This document shows, piece by piece, positions 50,353-60,376 of a stretch of DNA of 64,000 bases (its first letter is position 1; the number at the start of each line of letters is the position of its first letter). The DNA lies in the NCBI GenBank assembly GCA_963793805.1, contig CAWCBK010000017.1, positions 9,279 to 73,278 on the forward strand, in the 5' to 3' direction. The notes below the pieces were generated by a model, which was not told where the DNA came from, searched no databases, and saw only the letters and a program-made list of their open reading frames with translations. This stretch comes from Methanobacteriota archaeon (GTDB lineage: Archaea; Halobacteriota; Methanosarcinia; Methanosarcinales; Methanoperedenaceae). A program made the translations under genes and the position numbers.

Positions 50353-51704
50353 ATGAAAGGAAAAAACGCAATATTATATGCAGTTGTGGCCGCACTGGTC
50401 GTGCTGTCACTTGCGCTCCCGGTATATGCAGCAGATGCTACATATGCAGGGACTGAGGCATGCAAGAAATGCCATTTGGACAAATATAACCTGATAAAGG
50501 GCTCGATCCATCAGAAAATGATACAGGATGCTTCGGTGCCTGGCAATGTACACGGCAACTTGAGCGATCCCAGGGCGCCGCCAGGCACAGGCGGGCTACC
50601 TGACCCCAAAGTAATAAATTACGTGATCGGCGGATGGTATAAGGAAGAGAGTTATATCCAGTACAACAGCGCCACAGGGAAGTACAACGTTACAAATTAT
50701 GAATGGAGCCCGATAAACGGGCATTATGCGAACGATAAGAGCATAAGGGACTGGCTTGTAACATGCGCCGGATGCCATACCACGGGATTCGATCCCTCAA
50801 CAAAAAAATTCAATGAAATGAACATAGGCTGCGAAGCCTGCCACGGACCGGAAGCGCGCATGTAACTTCAAATAGCAAAACCGATATCGTAATTGATAAG
50901 TCACCTGAAGCCTGCGGGCGCTGCCATATCAGGGCTACTGCGGCGGACGGGTCAGGATTTAACTTCCCGGTCGGATACGTAGCCGGCAAACCCGAAACTC
51001 TGAAATACGTACCTGAACCCTATAATGTGACTGCGTCATTCTTCCCTGACAAGACAACGAGCCGGCACAGGGAACAATTCCTTGACTATAAGGAGTCCAG
51101 GCATTATACAGTTGGAACTACATGCGTTAGCTGCCACGACTCACATAAAGTGGGAACGGTAACAGTATACGATGCTCTCCCGGCAGGTGTATATGGCATA
51201 AAGATATACGACAATGTCGCCAAAACGATAAAATATGCTGCATGGGACGGAGCTGGACTTGTAAAACCCAAAGCTGAACTATGTAAGTCCTGTCACGGCG
51301 GGGTAGCAGTAACACACAAGCATGAATTCAATACGGCTGCAAAGGGTGCATCTCTGATATGCACGGACTGTCACATGCCTGATGTTATCAATGTTGACCC
51401 TGTAACCTTGAGGGGCGCTCTTTCCACGCATAACTTCAAAGCATTGAGCCCAGATAACTCACTCAAATACGGCGCTGATAAGATGCCCAACTCCTGTACT
51501 TACAGGTGCCACCAGGACAAAGGCACTGATAAGACAGCGAGGGCGCAATGGGCAGCAGATGCATTAAAAGGTAAATCAGCAGCGACAACGACGACAGCAG
51601 CAGGACAAACCGGGCCAACTGGAACGCCGGGTTTCGAGGCAACGATCGCTATCCTGGGTCTCCTGACTGTATTGTTTGTTAGATCAATGGTTAGAAAGCT
51701 ATAA
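50353..51704 (+). CDS. Multiheme (8 motifs) cytochrome c with PGF-CTERM anchor, with one frameshift
   Basis: CKKCH, CAGCH, CEACH; a G is missing near 50850-50851; then CGRCH, CVSCH, CKSCH, CTDCH, CTYRCH; Thr-rich linker and TPGFEATIAILGLL...RK. Confidence 0.85.
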
Positions 51705-51742
51705 AGGGAATTTAAAATCCCTTTTATTTTTTCTCTTTTTTT
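51703..51742 (+). terminator. Hairpin + T-tract terminator
   Basis: aaaggga-atttaaaa-tccctttt followed by T runs. Confidence 0.55.
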
Positions 51743-51780
51743 CGGTTCAAGATTTTTTTATTCAGGTAATACTTTTGCTA

Positions 51781-51886
51781 AATGTGACATTATAAATCAT
51801 GTTATTTATATTGTAATCCAAAGAAAGATTTAAATAACGGTTTTTGCATATAGTAATTCAATAAATGTGACATACCATATTACGTT
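51781..51886 (+). promoter_or_regulatory. Two related imperfect palindromes flanking a TATA box (candidate operators)
   Basis: AATGTGACATTATAAATCATGTT (51781) and AATGTGACATACCATATTACGTT (51864), either side of TTTAAATA at about 51829. Confidence 0.5.
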
Positions 51887-51901
51887 TATTTAGAGGCGGA
51901 C

Positions 51902-52333
51902 ATGAGAACGATCCTGAAGAGACATCTTTACACACCTGAATGGCTTGCTTTGTATGAGAGAGACATTGCTGGCGAGATAATTCTCAGTCCGGAGCCGGGG
52001 GAGGTAATAAGGGAGTACAGGACCAGATATGGTATGTCTCAGGAAGAACTCGGGGAAGTAATGGGCTTAAGGCGTGAATCCATTTCGCGCATTGAGAATA
52101 GCAGTGTGACTCCCACGTTTGATTTTGTGAAATCGTTCATCAGCGCTGTGGCGCTTATCGAGGCTATCAGGGTTGAAAGAGCGCAGAATAAGGAAATAAA
52201 TGTTCATTTACTTGAAAACATAGCAAGAGAGTCAGGTTTTTCCATCGAAAAACTGCCTCTCGTGTTAAAACTGGCTGTCGAAAGTTATGATAAGAAACTC
52301 ATTAAGATCAGGAAATCGTTAAAGGTGAAATAA
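51902..52333 (+). CDS. XRE-family HTH transcriptional regulator
   Basis: IAGEIILSPEPG..IREYR...GMSQEELGEVMGLRRESISRIE. Confidence 0.88.
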   Translation: MRTILKRHLYTPEWLALYERDIAGEIILSPEPGEVIREYRTRYGMSQEELGEVMGLRRESISRIENSSVTPTFDFVKSFISAVALIEAIRVERAQNKEINVHLLENIARESGFSIEKLPLVLKLAVESYDKKLIKIRKSLKVK

Positions 52334-52334
52334 A

Positions 52335-54614
52335 ATGGCAAATGATATGGTCGTATGGCTTGAAGAAGTTGGAAAAGAGGATATAGCAATTGTAGGCGGG
52401 AAGGGCGCAAGCCTTGGGGAAATGATACGTGCTGAACTCCCGGTACCGCAGGGATTTGCGGTCACAGCCCAGGCGTTCAGGCGTTTCATTGATGAAAATG
52501 GCATAGCTGAAACCCTTTTTGGCTCCCTTGATGTGGACGTTGATAATGCTGATATCCTTCGAAATGCAGAGAAAAGTGCAAAAAAGATCATTTCTGACGC
52601 AAGTATCCCTGCGGATATAGAACAGAGCATTAAATCAAAATACAGGGAACTTTGCAAGAGAGAAGATGCGGAAGTTTTCGTGGCAGTACGATCAAGCGCT
52701 ACAGCCGAGGACCTGCCAGACGCAAGCTTTGCAGGCCAGCAGGATACATTCCTCAATATCAAAGGAGAAGCAAATGTGGTGGAAGCTGTTAAGAAATGCT
52801 GGGCGTCTCTTTATGGCTCAAGGGCTATTTACTACCGCGTCAAGCAGGGATTTGACCATTCCAAGGTGAACCTGTGCGCTGTGGTCCAGATGATGGTGGA
52901 CGCAGAGAAAGCCGGCGTCCTGTTCTCGTCCCATCCGTCAACAGGTGAACCCCTCACGATCATCGAGGGAGCCTGGGGGCTGGGCGAGAGCGTTGTATCC
53001 GGTTCAGTTTCTCCGGACTATTATGTTGTTGATAAAAGGAATAAAAAGATCACCGAGCGCAAGGTCGCAACGAAGAATATCATGCATATAAGGGACCCAA
53101 AGACAGGTAAAACAGTGGAGATCCCCCCGCCCGATGATAAGAAGAACGCTAAGGTGCTTGATGACAATGAGATTCTGAAACTTGTTGAACTTGGTGAAAT
53201 AGTCGAAGATCTCTATGGCATCCCGCAGGATGTGGAATGGGCTATTAAGGACCACGAGATATTCATGCTCCAGTCAAGACCTATAACTACAATAAAAAAG
53301 AAACAAGAGACAAAAGAGAAAGTAGCGACATCAGCCATGCTCGAAGGGCTGGGCGCTTCACCGGGTATGGCGTATGGTGAGGCAAAGCTCGTGGCAGATG
53401 CAACTGAGCTTGGAAAAGTGAAAGAAGGGGATATTCTCGTTGCTGTCATGACCACACCTGACATGGTGCCTGCAATGAAGCGCGCCGCTGCTATTGTGAC
53501 TGATGAAGGAGGTATGACGTGCCATGCTGCTATAGTTTCGCGAGAGTTGGGCTGCCCTGCTGTTGTTGGAACAAGGAAAGCTACCCAGTTACTGACTGAC
53601 GGTATGAAAATAACAGTGGACGGCGAAAAGGGGCTTGTATTTGAAGGAAAGAAAGAGGTCGCTGCGGCACCAGCAGCACAGTCTCACGCAAATGTGTCGT
53701 TCGCAAGATCAAAACCGATCACAGCAACAGAGGTAAAAGTAAATGTCTCGATCCCTGAAGCCACGGCAAGAGCCATTGAGACGCAGGCTGACGGTGTCGG
53801 GCTGCTTCGCATCGAGCACATGATACTTGGACTTCCAAAACATCCAAAGCAGTATATTAAAGAGGGTAAAGCTGACGAGTATGTAAATGAACTGGTCACG
53901 CGCATCCAGACAGTTGTGGATGCTTTCTATCCAAGACCAGTGTGGGTGAGGACACTTGATGCGCCCACAGATGAGTTCAGGGCGATGGAAGGCGGCGAGG
54001 GTGAGCCAATTGAGCCAAATCCTATGCTCGGATTCAGGGGCATCAGGCGCGATCTTATCGATACTGAGCACTTCGAGCTTGAGGTAATGGCTTTCAAGGA
54101 GCTTATCAAGCGCGGGTTCAGCAATATGGGGATTATGATACCTCTTGTGCAGCATCCTTCAGAACTGCGGCGCGCAAAGGAGTTCATGCGCGCAAAGGGG
54201 CTGAATATTGATAAGATAGAAATAGGCATAATGGTCGAGATCCCTGCCGCAGCCCTCATTATCGATCAATTCATTGCCGAGGGGCTTGATTTTGTGAGCT
54301 TTGGCACCAATGACCTCACGCAGTACACGCTTGCCGTGGACAGGAACAACGAGCATGTGGCGCACCTGTATAATGAGCTGCATCCAGCCATTATGAAGCT
54401 GATCGAGCATGTCATCATCGAGTGCAACAAGGCAGGAGTGAAAACAAGCATCTGCGGGCAGGCCGGGAGCAATCCGAAGGTGGCAAAGAGGCTGGTGGAG
54501 CTTGGGATAACGAGTATTTCTGCGAATATTGATGCTGTGGAGGCTGTGAGAGATATGGTGGCGAGGACTGAGATGCAGTTGTTGCTGAAGGGGGCGAGGG
54601 AGAGGAAGGGATAG
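52335..54614 (+). CDS. ppsA: Phosphoenolpyruvate synthase
   Basis: GGKGASLGEM, VRSSATAEDL, GGMTCHAAIVSRE, SFGTNDLTQY, SICGQ. Confidence 0.96.
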   Translation: MANDMVVWLEEVGKEDIAIVGGKGASLGEMIRAELPVPQGFAVTAQAFRRFIDENGIAETLFGSLDVDVDNADILRNAEKSAKKIISDASIPADIEQSIKSKYRELCKREDAEVFVAVRSSATAEDLPDASFAGQQDTFLNIKGEANVVEAVKKCWASLYGSRAIYYRVKQGFDHSKVNLCAVVQMMVDAEKAGVLFSSHPSTGEPLTIIEGAWGLGESVVSGSVSPDYYVVDKRNKKITERKVATKNIMHIRDPKTGKTVEIPPPDDKKNAKVLDDNEILKLVELGEIVEDLYGIPQDVEWAIKDHEIFMLQSRPITTIKKKQETKEKVATSAMLEGLGASPGMAYGEAKLVADATELGKVKEGDILVAVMTTPDMVPAMKRAAAIVTDEGGMTCHAAIVSRELGCPAVVGTRKATQLLTDGMKITVDGEKGLVFEGKKEVAAAPAAQSHANVSFARSKPITATEVKVNVSIPEATARAIETQADGVGLLRIEHMILGLPKHPKQYIKEGKADEYVNELVTRIQTVVDAFYPRPVWVRTLDAPTDEFRAMEGGEGEPIEPNPMLGFRGIRRDLIDTEHFELEVMAFKELIKRGFSNMGIMIPLVQHPSELRRAKEFMRAKGLNIDKIEIGIMVEIPAAALIIDQFIAEGLDFVSFGTNDLTQYTLAVDRNNEHVAHLYNELHPAIMKLIEHVIIECNKAGVKTSICGQAGSNPKVAKRLVELGITSISANIDAVEAVRDMVARTEMQLLLKGARERKG

Positions 54615-54718
54615 AAATGCTGGATGATATATCTTAAAATAGATAGATGCGGTATAAATCATATGATTTCTAATAGCTGATATGTGCACTTAAGGACCAA
54701 ATTATATGGAAGTACAGC

Positions 54719-55639
54719 ATGAATAATATCTCGGAAGTTGCAAGAAGAAATATAATAGATTATTTGCTTATAAGGAGATATCCTTTTCATGGAAGGCTGG
54801 ATTTAATAGATTTCCTGAATAGAATTTGGAATTTATCGACGATGCCATCTACAGATAGCAGGTTTAAAAATGCTACAGGAGATATATGGCAACATGTAAT
54901 TAACAACTCAGATTATGATTACGGTTACTTACTGTATAAATATTTTAATTTACTTGACTGCGACGACGACACATTTCTCAAATTCATAGAAACCTGTCTA
55001 CATCCAGTTGTTTTATCCGATGAAAAAGAAGTTTCGGAATCTTTAGCAGAATTCAACAAATTTTTGACGCCAGATGGATATAGATTAGAAGCATACTCAA
55101 AGATATCTGGAATGCCTGTATATAAAGCGTTTAAATCTGACGAGGAGTTTATTTCGACATCTACTGATGTGAAAAAAGTAAAAAAGGTAATAACTTTTTT
55201 GCCATCTGTCTTTAGTGTTCCTGAAAAACCAATTAATCCAAATTTGGTATCTGTTATGATGCCATTTAAAATGGAATATGATAAAGTTCTCAAAATTATA
55301 AAGGATGCATGCCATGATGTTGGTATACCCTGTCAAAGGGTAGATGATATTTGGAATAATAGCGCTATTATCCAAGATATCTTTGAGCTAATTTATTGTT
55401 CTTCAATCGTTATTGTGGATTTTTCAGGAAAAAACCCAAATGTATTTTATGAAGCGGGAATTGCTCATACTTTAGGAAAAAATGTAATACCGATTACACA
55501 AAGTATTGAAGATATCCCTTTTGATATGAGGCATCATAGATCTATACAATATTTAAACAATAATGAAGGATTATTAAAACTAAAAAAGCATCTTGAAACA
55601 AAAATAAAGGCATTAATTCAAGAATCAAAAACCCGATGA
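54719..55639 (+). CDS. AbiJ N-terminal domain 3 + nucleoside deoxyribosyltransferase/TIR-like effector (putative anti-viral defence)
   Basis: GRLDLIDFL.RIW.L..MPSTDSRF.NA.GDIWQH..NN.D...FLKF.E..LHPVV (AbiJ-NTD3); VMMPF...RVDD...NPNVFYEAGIAHTLGK...IPFD. Confidence 0.8.
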   Translation: MNNISEVARRNIIDYLLIRRYPFHGRLDLIDFLNRIWNLSTMPSTDSRFKNATGDIWQHVINNSDYDYGYLLYKYFNLLDCDDDTFLKFIETCLHPVVLSDEKEVSESLAEFNKFLTPDGYRLEAYSKISGMPVYKAFKSDEEFISTSTDVKKVKKVITFLPSVFSVPEKPINPNLVSVMMPFKMEYDKVLKIIKDACHDVGIPCQRVDDIWNNSAIIQDIFELIYCSSIVIVDFSGKNPNVFYEAGIAHTLGKNVIPITQSIEDIPFDMRHHRSIQYLNNNEGLLKLKKHLETKIKALIQESKTR

Positions 55640-55651
55640 GGCAAGAAATAG

Positions 55652-55921
55652 ATGATAACCGAAAGGGATACACAAATAATTACACAGTACGCAAAAAAAT
55701 ACAACGTCTCTTCTATAATCCTATTCGGCTCATCATTAGAAAAAGGCAAAAAAGCCAATGACATAGACCTTGGAGTAAAAGGGATCAAACCTCAATTATT
55801 TTTCAAATTTTACGCTGAATTATATAAATATCTATCCAAACCAGTTCATCTTATTGATCTTTCCAAGAAATCATTATTTAACGACCTTGTAGAAGAAACA
55901 GGACAAAAAATCTATGGATGA
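55652..55921 (+). CDS. Minimal nucleotidyltransferase (MNT), orphan
   Basis: ILFGSS....NDIDLGV. Confidence 0.8.
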   Translation: MITERDTQIITQYAKKYNVSSIILFGSSLEKGKKANDIDLGVKGIKPQLFFKFYAELYKYLSKPVHLIDLSKKSLFNDLVEETGQKIYG

Positions 55922-55996
55922 ACTAGGGAAGGCGCATGCTCCATAGAAATATCTTTAAATGATTCCATGTGTATATATTATAAAAGGTGAGACCTC

Positions 55997-56211
55997 ATGT
56001 CCAATGCAGAAATATTGAATGAGATAAGAAACGACTTATTTTCCTGAAAGAAAAGGTAATCAGCATGGAAATTACAATAAATGAAATTGACAGTGATATT
56101 CACAAAGAACTCAATCCCGAGTATGTAAAAACGCTTGATAAAATTGAGAGAAAAGATAAAAGAATTCATTTCAGGAACATAGAAGATTTCGATAAGCATT
56201 TTGGACTATAA
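55997..56211 (+). pseudogene. RelB/DUF2683-like antitoxin, frameshifted
   Basis: MSNAEILNEIRNDL, a frameshift near 56040, then FLKEKVISMEITINEIDSDIHKELNPEYVKTLDKIERKDKRIHFRNIEDFDKHFGL. Confidence 0.55.
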
Positions 56212-56219
56212 GAGTGCCT

Positions 56220-56282
56220 ATGCCGTATGGATTTGAACTCACGGAAACGCTTGAGCATCATGATGAAGCCTATAAAAGGTGA
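56220..56282 (+). pseudogene. RelE/YafQ-like toxin remnant with central deletion
   Basis: MPYGFELTETLE-HHDEAYKR: resembles both termini of archaeal RelE toxins, directly after the antitoxin. Confidence 0.45.
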
Positions 56283-56284
56283 AT

Positions 56285-56569
56285 ATGAACAAAGAAAACC
56301 TCTTTAAAAATATCATCAAGCTCATCAAAAAGCACGGCGCAAAAAAGATAGCCGTCTTTGGCTCATACGCAAGAGGTGAAGAAAAGCCAAAGAGCGATAT
56401 AGATATTCTTGTCGAATTCTCGGAGAGGAAAAGTCTGCTTGACCTTGTGGGGATAGAACAGGAGCTATCCGATGCACTTGGTATGAAGGTCGATTTGCTG
56501 ACTGAAAAATCCATAAGCCCTTATTTAATTGGCAGGATTAAAAAGGAAATGAAGGTAATTTACGAATGA
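56285..56569 (+). CDS. MNT antitoxin (nucleotidyltransferase)
   Basis: VFGSYARGEEKPKSDIDILV. Confidence 0.9.
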   Translation: MNKENLFKNIIKLIKKHGAKKIAVFGSYARGEEKPKSDIDILVEFSERKSLLDLVGIEQELSDALGMKVDLLTEKSISPYLIGRIKKEMKVIYE

Positions 56570-56901
56570 AGAAAGATGATATTGTTTATTTAAGGCACAT
56601 TTTGGACGCTATATCTCGAATCGAAGAATATATCAAAGGACTGAACTATGATGATTTTATGGATAATAACCTTGTTCAGGACGGCGTGGTGAGGCAGATT
56701 GAAATAGTAGGGGAAGCAACAAAAAGAGTGTCTATCGAGATGAGAGAAAAATATCCTGATATACCATGGAGGAAAATGGCTGGGATGAGAGATAAGCTGA
56801 ATCACGATTATCTTGGTGTGGATTTAGATGCTGTTTGGGATACTGTAGAAAAAGATATTCCTGTATTGAAGCAAACAATAGCAAAACTGATTGAACTGTA
56901 A
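56566..56901 (+). CDS. HEPN / DUF86 RNase toxin
   Basis: YLRHILDA, EIVGEA, IPW..MAGMRDKLNHDY (Rx4H). Confidence 0.9.
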   Translation: MKKDDIVYLRHILDAISRIEEYIKGLNYDDFMDNNLVQDGVVRQIEIVGEATKRVSIEMREKYPDIPWRKMAGMRDKLNHDYLGVDLDAVWDTVEKDIPVLKQTIAKLIEL

Positions 56902-56915
56902 GAAATAATGATAAT

Positions 56916-57719
56916 ATGCCCGACAACAACAGATCGCTAAAATATATCATCCTGTTCCTTTCAGTCTTACTCGTCGCCTCATCTCTATATTCATACGGGC
57001 AACTCAAACTCCATGATGAAACGATCAGTACATTCTCAGCCATTTCAGAGAACCAAAAACAGACCATAACCCTGCTTGAACAAAATATCTCCCGGCTTGA
57101 ACAGAACCTGTCCTTAACTGAAAAGTCATTAAAAAACGAAACACAGACAAGGCGGGGTCTTGAAAAGGATATCATTAACCTCACAACGGTTGCAAAGAGC
57201 GATTATGCCGTCATGGCCGTGGATGAGAACGATAAAGGGCATCTGATACCTCTTGAGATCATAATAAAGAGCGGCAAAGGCAACCTCTTCCTTAATGTGG
57301 CAAATGTTATTGTCGATGAAACTCTCCAGTCTTCTGCACAGACAGCCATACTCGTTGCCCGTGAAGTATCAAGGAAAAGCCTGTCAGATAAGGATGTCCT
57401 TATCAATATCGAAGCGGCTGTTCAGGAACAGAAGATATCGATAGCAGGAGGAAGCGGAGGCGCCGCCATGACACTTGCTGCGATCGCGGCTATGCAGAAC
57501 AAGACCATCAGAAAAGATGTGTTAATAACAGGAACGATCAGCGAAGACCATACGATCGGGAGGATCGGCGCGCCGCGGGCAAAAGCAATGGCGGCAAAAG
57601 AGAACGGCGCTGTGATGTTCCTTGTACCTGCGGGGCAAAAGAGCGAGGTGGGAGATGTGGGCATCGAGGTGAGGGAAGTAGGAACCATTGAGGAAGCGGC
57701 AAGTTATACGCTGGAGTAA
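56916..57719 (+). CDS. Membrane-anchored S16 (Lon-type) protease domain protein with coiled coil
   Basis: N-terminal TM, coiled coil, AGGSGGAAM (catalytic Ser), ITGTI...IGRIG...AK (catalytic Lys). Confidence 0.8.
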   Translation: MPDNNRSLKYIILFLSVLLVASSLYSYGQLKLHDETISTFSAISENQKQTITLLEQNISRLEQNLSLTEKSLKNETQTRRGLEKDIINLTTVAKSDYAVMAVDENDKGHLIPLEIIIKSGKGNLFLNVANVIVDETLQSSAQTAILVAREVSRKSLSDKDVLINIEAAVQEQKISIAGGSGGAAMTLAAIAAMQNKTIRKDVLITGTISEDHTIGRIGAPRAKAMAAKENGAVMFLVPAGQKSEVGDVGIEVREVGTIEEAASYTLE

Positions 57720-57732
57720 ATTTCACTAATGA

Positions 57733-57973
57733 TTATTTCTTTCTCTTCCCCTCATGCATCTTCTTGATCTCATCCTCAGCAGCCTGCATTTTCACTTTAT
57801 TCTCTTCATAGATCTTTGAGACATTCTCTGTCACCCTCTCAAGTCTCTTCTTGAGAACTACCAGGTCCTGTGTCGAGAGTTTATAATCGGGTGTGTTCTC
57901 TATCCAGAGTCTGCTCAATATCAATAAGGGCGTTAAGGGCAGCCTTTGTTCTGTTTATTGTGTTCTCGTCCAT
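57733..57973 (-). CDS. Small helical hypothetical protein, one apparent frameshift
   Basis: MDENTINRTKAALNALIDIEQ, an extra base near 57910, then LWIENTPDYKLSTQDL...KRKK. Confidence 0.5.
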
Positions 57974-58019
57974 ACGGGGTAATAATACTCTTAAATAAAT
58001 TAATGTTTGCACAGACGAT

Positions 58020-58898
58020 TTATAAATTTATTCGAGGTTTTTTCTGTTCTATCATATTCTTTTTTCCCCTGAGGCTGAGTAACCTGTTCCCGAAAAGTGT
58101 GCATACAAATGGTAACGGTGAAAAAGCATATGCATATGAACCCATCAGGTACATCATTTTTCTGGATCTTTTTAATTCAGATATTCGATCATACATAGGG
58201 CATTGGATGTTATTGAAATTCAAGAGCATCTTTGATGATTCATAAGCCACACGAATGCTGTAATTTACTATATCCTTAAGTGGCGCCGGCTTACCACCGT
58301 ATGAAGTCTGCCCTTTCTTTATGGCTCTTCGAAACTCCTCCTGTGAATTACCTGAAAATGTTGTGTAACCATTACCTATCATGCTGCTTGAATGCGCATC
58401 GCTTCCCCCGAGTTTTGCATGTCCATTGCAGCTTTCAAGTGCCAGGGCATTAGAATACCCGTCCCTGTGCAATGAATTGAACACTTCGATACCATCCAGT
58501 CTCAGTGCATGAAGCTCATTGCCAACACACGGGCAGTAAACGCTGAACGGATGCGGCGCAAACGCTACTCCGTCCTGTTCATGTATGAGTTCTATAGTTT
58601 CTTCTGCGCTCAAACCCGGTTTGATCTCTTCCTGCAAGAAAAGTCCGATTATTTCCCCACTTTTTGAACGGATCTCTTCACCTATGACAACAAGGTCGTG
58701 GTTATATTTCCTGGCTTCGACAGCGCCTTTTATCGTATTGTGGTCTGTTATGCATAGAAGATCAAGCCCGATTTTTTCAGCTATCCTTACTGCTTTCTTA
58801 GGTGTGGTCACGCTGTCAGGGAATGAAAGGTAAGAATATTTAGAGAATCCCGAATACATGGTATGCGTATGAACATCTGCCACTCCATCTTCTATCAT
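58020..58898 (-). CDS. PHP-domain metal-dependent phosphoesterase
   Basis: DVHTHT, ITDHN, GEE, APHP, GGSDAH. Confidence 0.88.
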   Translation of the reverse strand: MIEDGVADVHTHTMYSGFSKYSYLSFPDSVTTPKKAVRIAEKIGLDLLCITDHNTIKGAVEARKYNHDLVVIGEEIRSKSGEIIGLFLQEEIKPGLSAEETIELIHEQDGVAFAPHPFSVYCPCVGNELHALRLDGIEVFNSLHRDGYSNALALESCNGHAKLGGSDAHSSSMIGNGYTTFSGNSQEEFRRAIKKGQTSYGGKPAPLKDIVNYSIRVAYESSKMLLNFNNIQCPMYDRISELKRSRKMMYLMGSYAYAFSPLPFVCTLFGNRLLSLRGKKNMIEQKKPRINL

Positions 58899-58974
58899 GA
58901 TCTCTCCTTTTATACCATATCAACACATATCCATTTTTCATTAAATGTACAATTATATTACATATAATCTACAT

Positions 58975-59436
58975 TTATATAAGGTGTTCCGCTATACTCT
59001 CTGATATCACATGGTCGCAGTAGATGCATCGCAGTTCCACAGGTTTTTTATTTACCAGGAATTTTGATATAACCGGTTCATTCGTATTTGAAATACAATT
59101 AGGATTGGAGCACTTTACCACGCCATCGAGCCTCTCTGGAAGGTCGACCCTGTATTTTTCTATAACTTCAAAATCGCGGATGATATTGATGGTAGCGTTC
59201 GGCGCTATTAACGATATCCTGTCTACCTCTTCTTCTTCTAACTCCCTGTCCTCTACTTTGACAATATCTTTTGACCCAATTGCCCCCGAAGGCACGTTCA
59301 TGGCTACACTCACTACTGCACTGGTAGTGCCCGACACTCCTAGAATGCGAAGCACATTGAGAGCCTGTCCGGCAGTTATGTGATCTATCACGGTACCGTG
59401 TTCGATCCTGCGAACTCTCATTTCTTTTTCTATCAT
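58975..59436 (-). CDS. pyrI: Aspartate carbamoyltransferase regulatory subunit
   Basis: [24 protein letters not shown]. Confidence 0.95.
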   Translation of the reverse strand: MIEKEMRVRRIEHGTVIDHITAGQALNVLRILGVSGTTSAVVSVAMNVPSGAIGSKDIVKVEDRELEEEEVDRISLIAPNATINIIRDFEVIEKYRVDLPERLDGVVKCSNPNCISNTNEPVISKFLVNKKPVELRCIYCDHVISESIAEHLI

Positions 59437-60347
59437 ATTGCCTCCATTGCCATAGCGAGCAACGTCATCCTGACAGGGACGCCGTAGAATGACTGTTCGA
59501 AATACCTGGCGAATTTAGTCTTGTCAACGGCAGGATCAATTTCATCCACCCTGGGAAGGGGATGCATAATAATGAGATTCTCGCGGGCGCTTTTCAGAAT
59601 TTCTTCGGTCACCCTGTACACGCCTGCGACCTTCTGGTACTCGGCAGGGTCGGGAAAGCGTTCTTTTTGTATCCTTGTGACGTATAACACATCCACATCC
59701 CCTATAACTTCCTCGATGCTGGTGGTTTCCCTGACGACAGCGCCCTGTTTTTTCAGGTCTTTCTTGATAACTTCGGGCATCTTAAGTTGAGCAGGTGAGA
59801 CAAGAGTCACATCAGCGTGATACAATGACAGGGCATAAGCCAGGGAATGAACTGTCCTGCCATATTTTAAATCTCCCACAAGCGCTATTTTGAGTCCTGA
59901 AAGACTGCTCTCGCGCATTATTGTATAAAGGTCAAGCAGAGTCTGCGTTGGATGATGTCCCGCGCCGTCACCGGCATTGATTATAGGGATTTTGGAAAAC
60001 TCACTTGCCATCCGCGCCGCACCTTCGCGCGGGTGGCGAAGCACTATGGCATCCGCATAGTTCCCTATTACCCTGATGGTGTCCGCAAGGTTCTCTCCCT
60101 TGATAATAGAACTTGATTCTATCGAGCCCAGATCGATCACTTCTCCCCCGAGGCGCTTCATGGCTGTCTCAAAAGACATACGCGTGCGCGTGCTTGGTTC
60201 ATAAAAAAGAGTGGCGAGTATTTTTCCAGAAAGCAGGTTCGATCGCTTACCTCGCGCCACAGGTTCAAATTCCTTTACCCTGTTTAAAATAATATCTATA
60301 TCATCACGTGAAAAATCTTTCATTGAGATGATATGATTTTGCATCAT
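59433..60347 (-). CDS. pyrB: Aspartate carbamoyltransferase catalytic subunit
   Basis: [22 protein letters not shown]. Confidence 0.96.
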   Translation of the reverse strand: MMQNHIISMKDFSRDDIDIILNRVKEFEPVARGKRSNLLSGKILATLFYEPSTRTRMSFETAMKRLGGEVIDLGSIESSSIIKGENLADTIRVIGNYADAIVLRHPREGAARMASEFSKIPIINAGDGAGHHPTQTLLDLYTIMRESSLSGLKIALVGDLKYGRTVHSLAYALSLYHADVTLVSPAQLKMPEVIKKDLKKQGAVVRETTSIEEVIGDVDVLYVTRIQKERFPDPAEYQKVAGVYRVTEEILKSARENLIIMHPLPRVDEIDPAVDKTKFARYFEQSFYGVPVRMTLLAMAMEAI

Positions 60348-60376
60348 ACCATATATGATGTTTTTCGACTTATATT

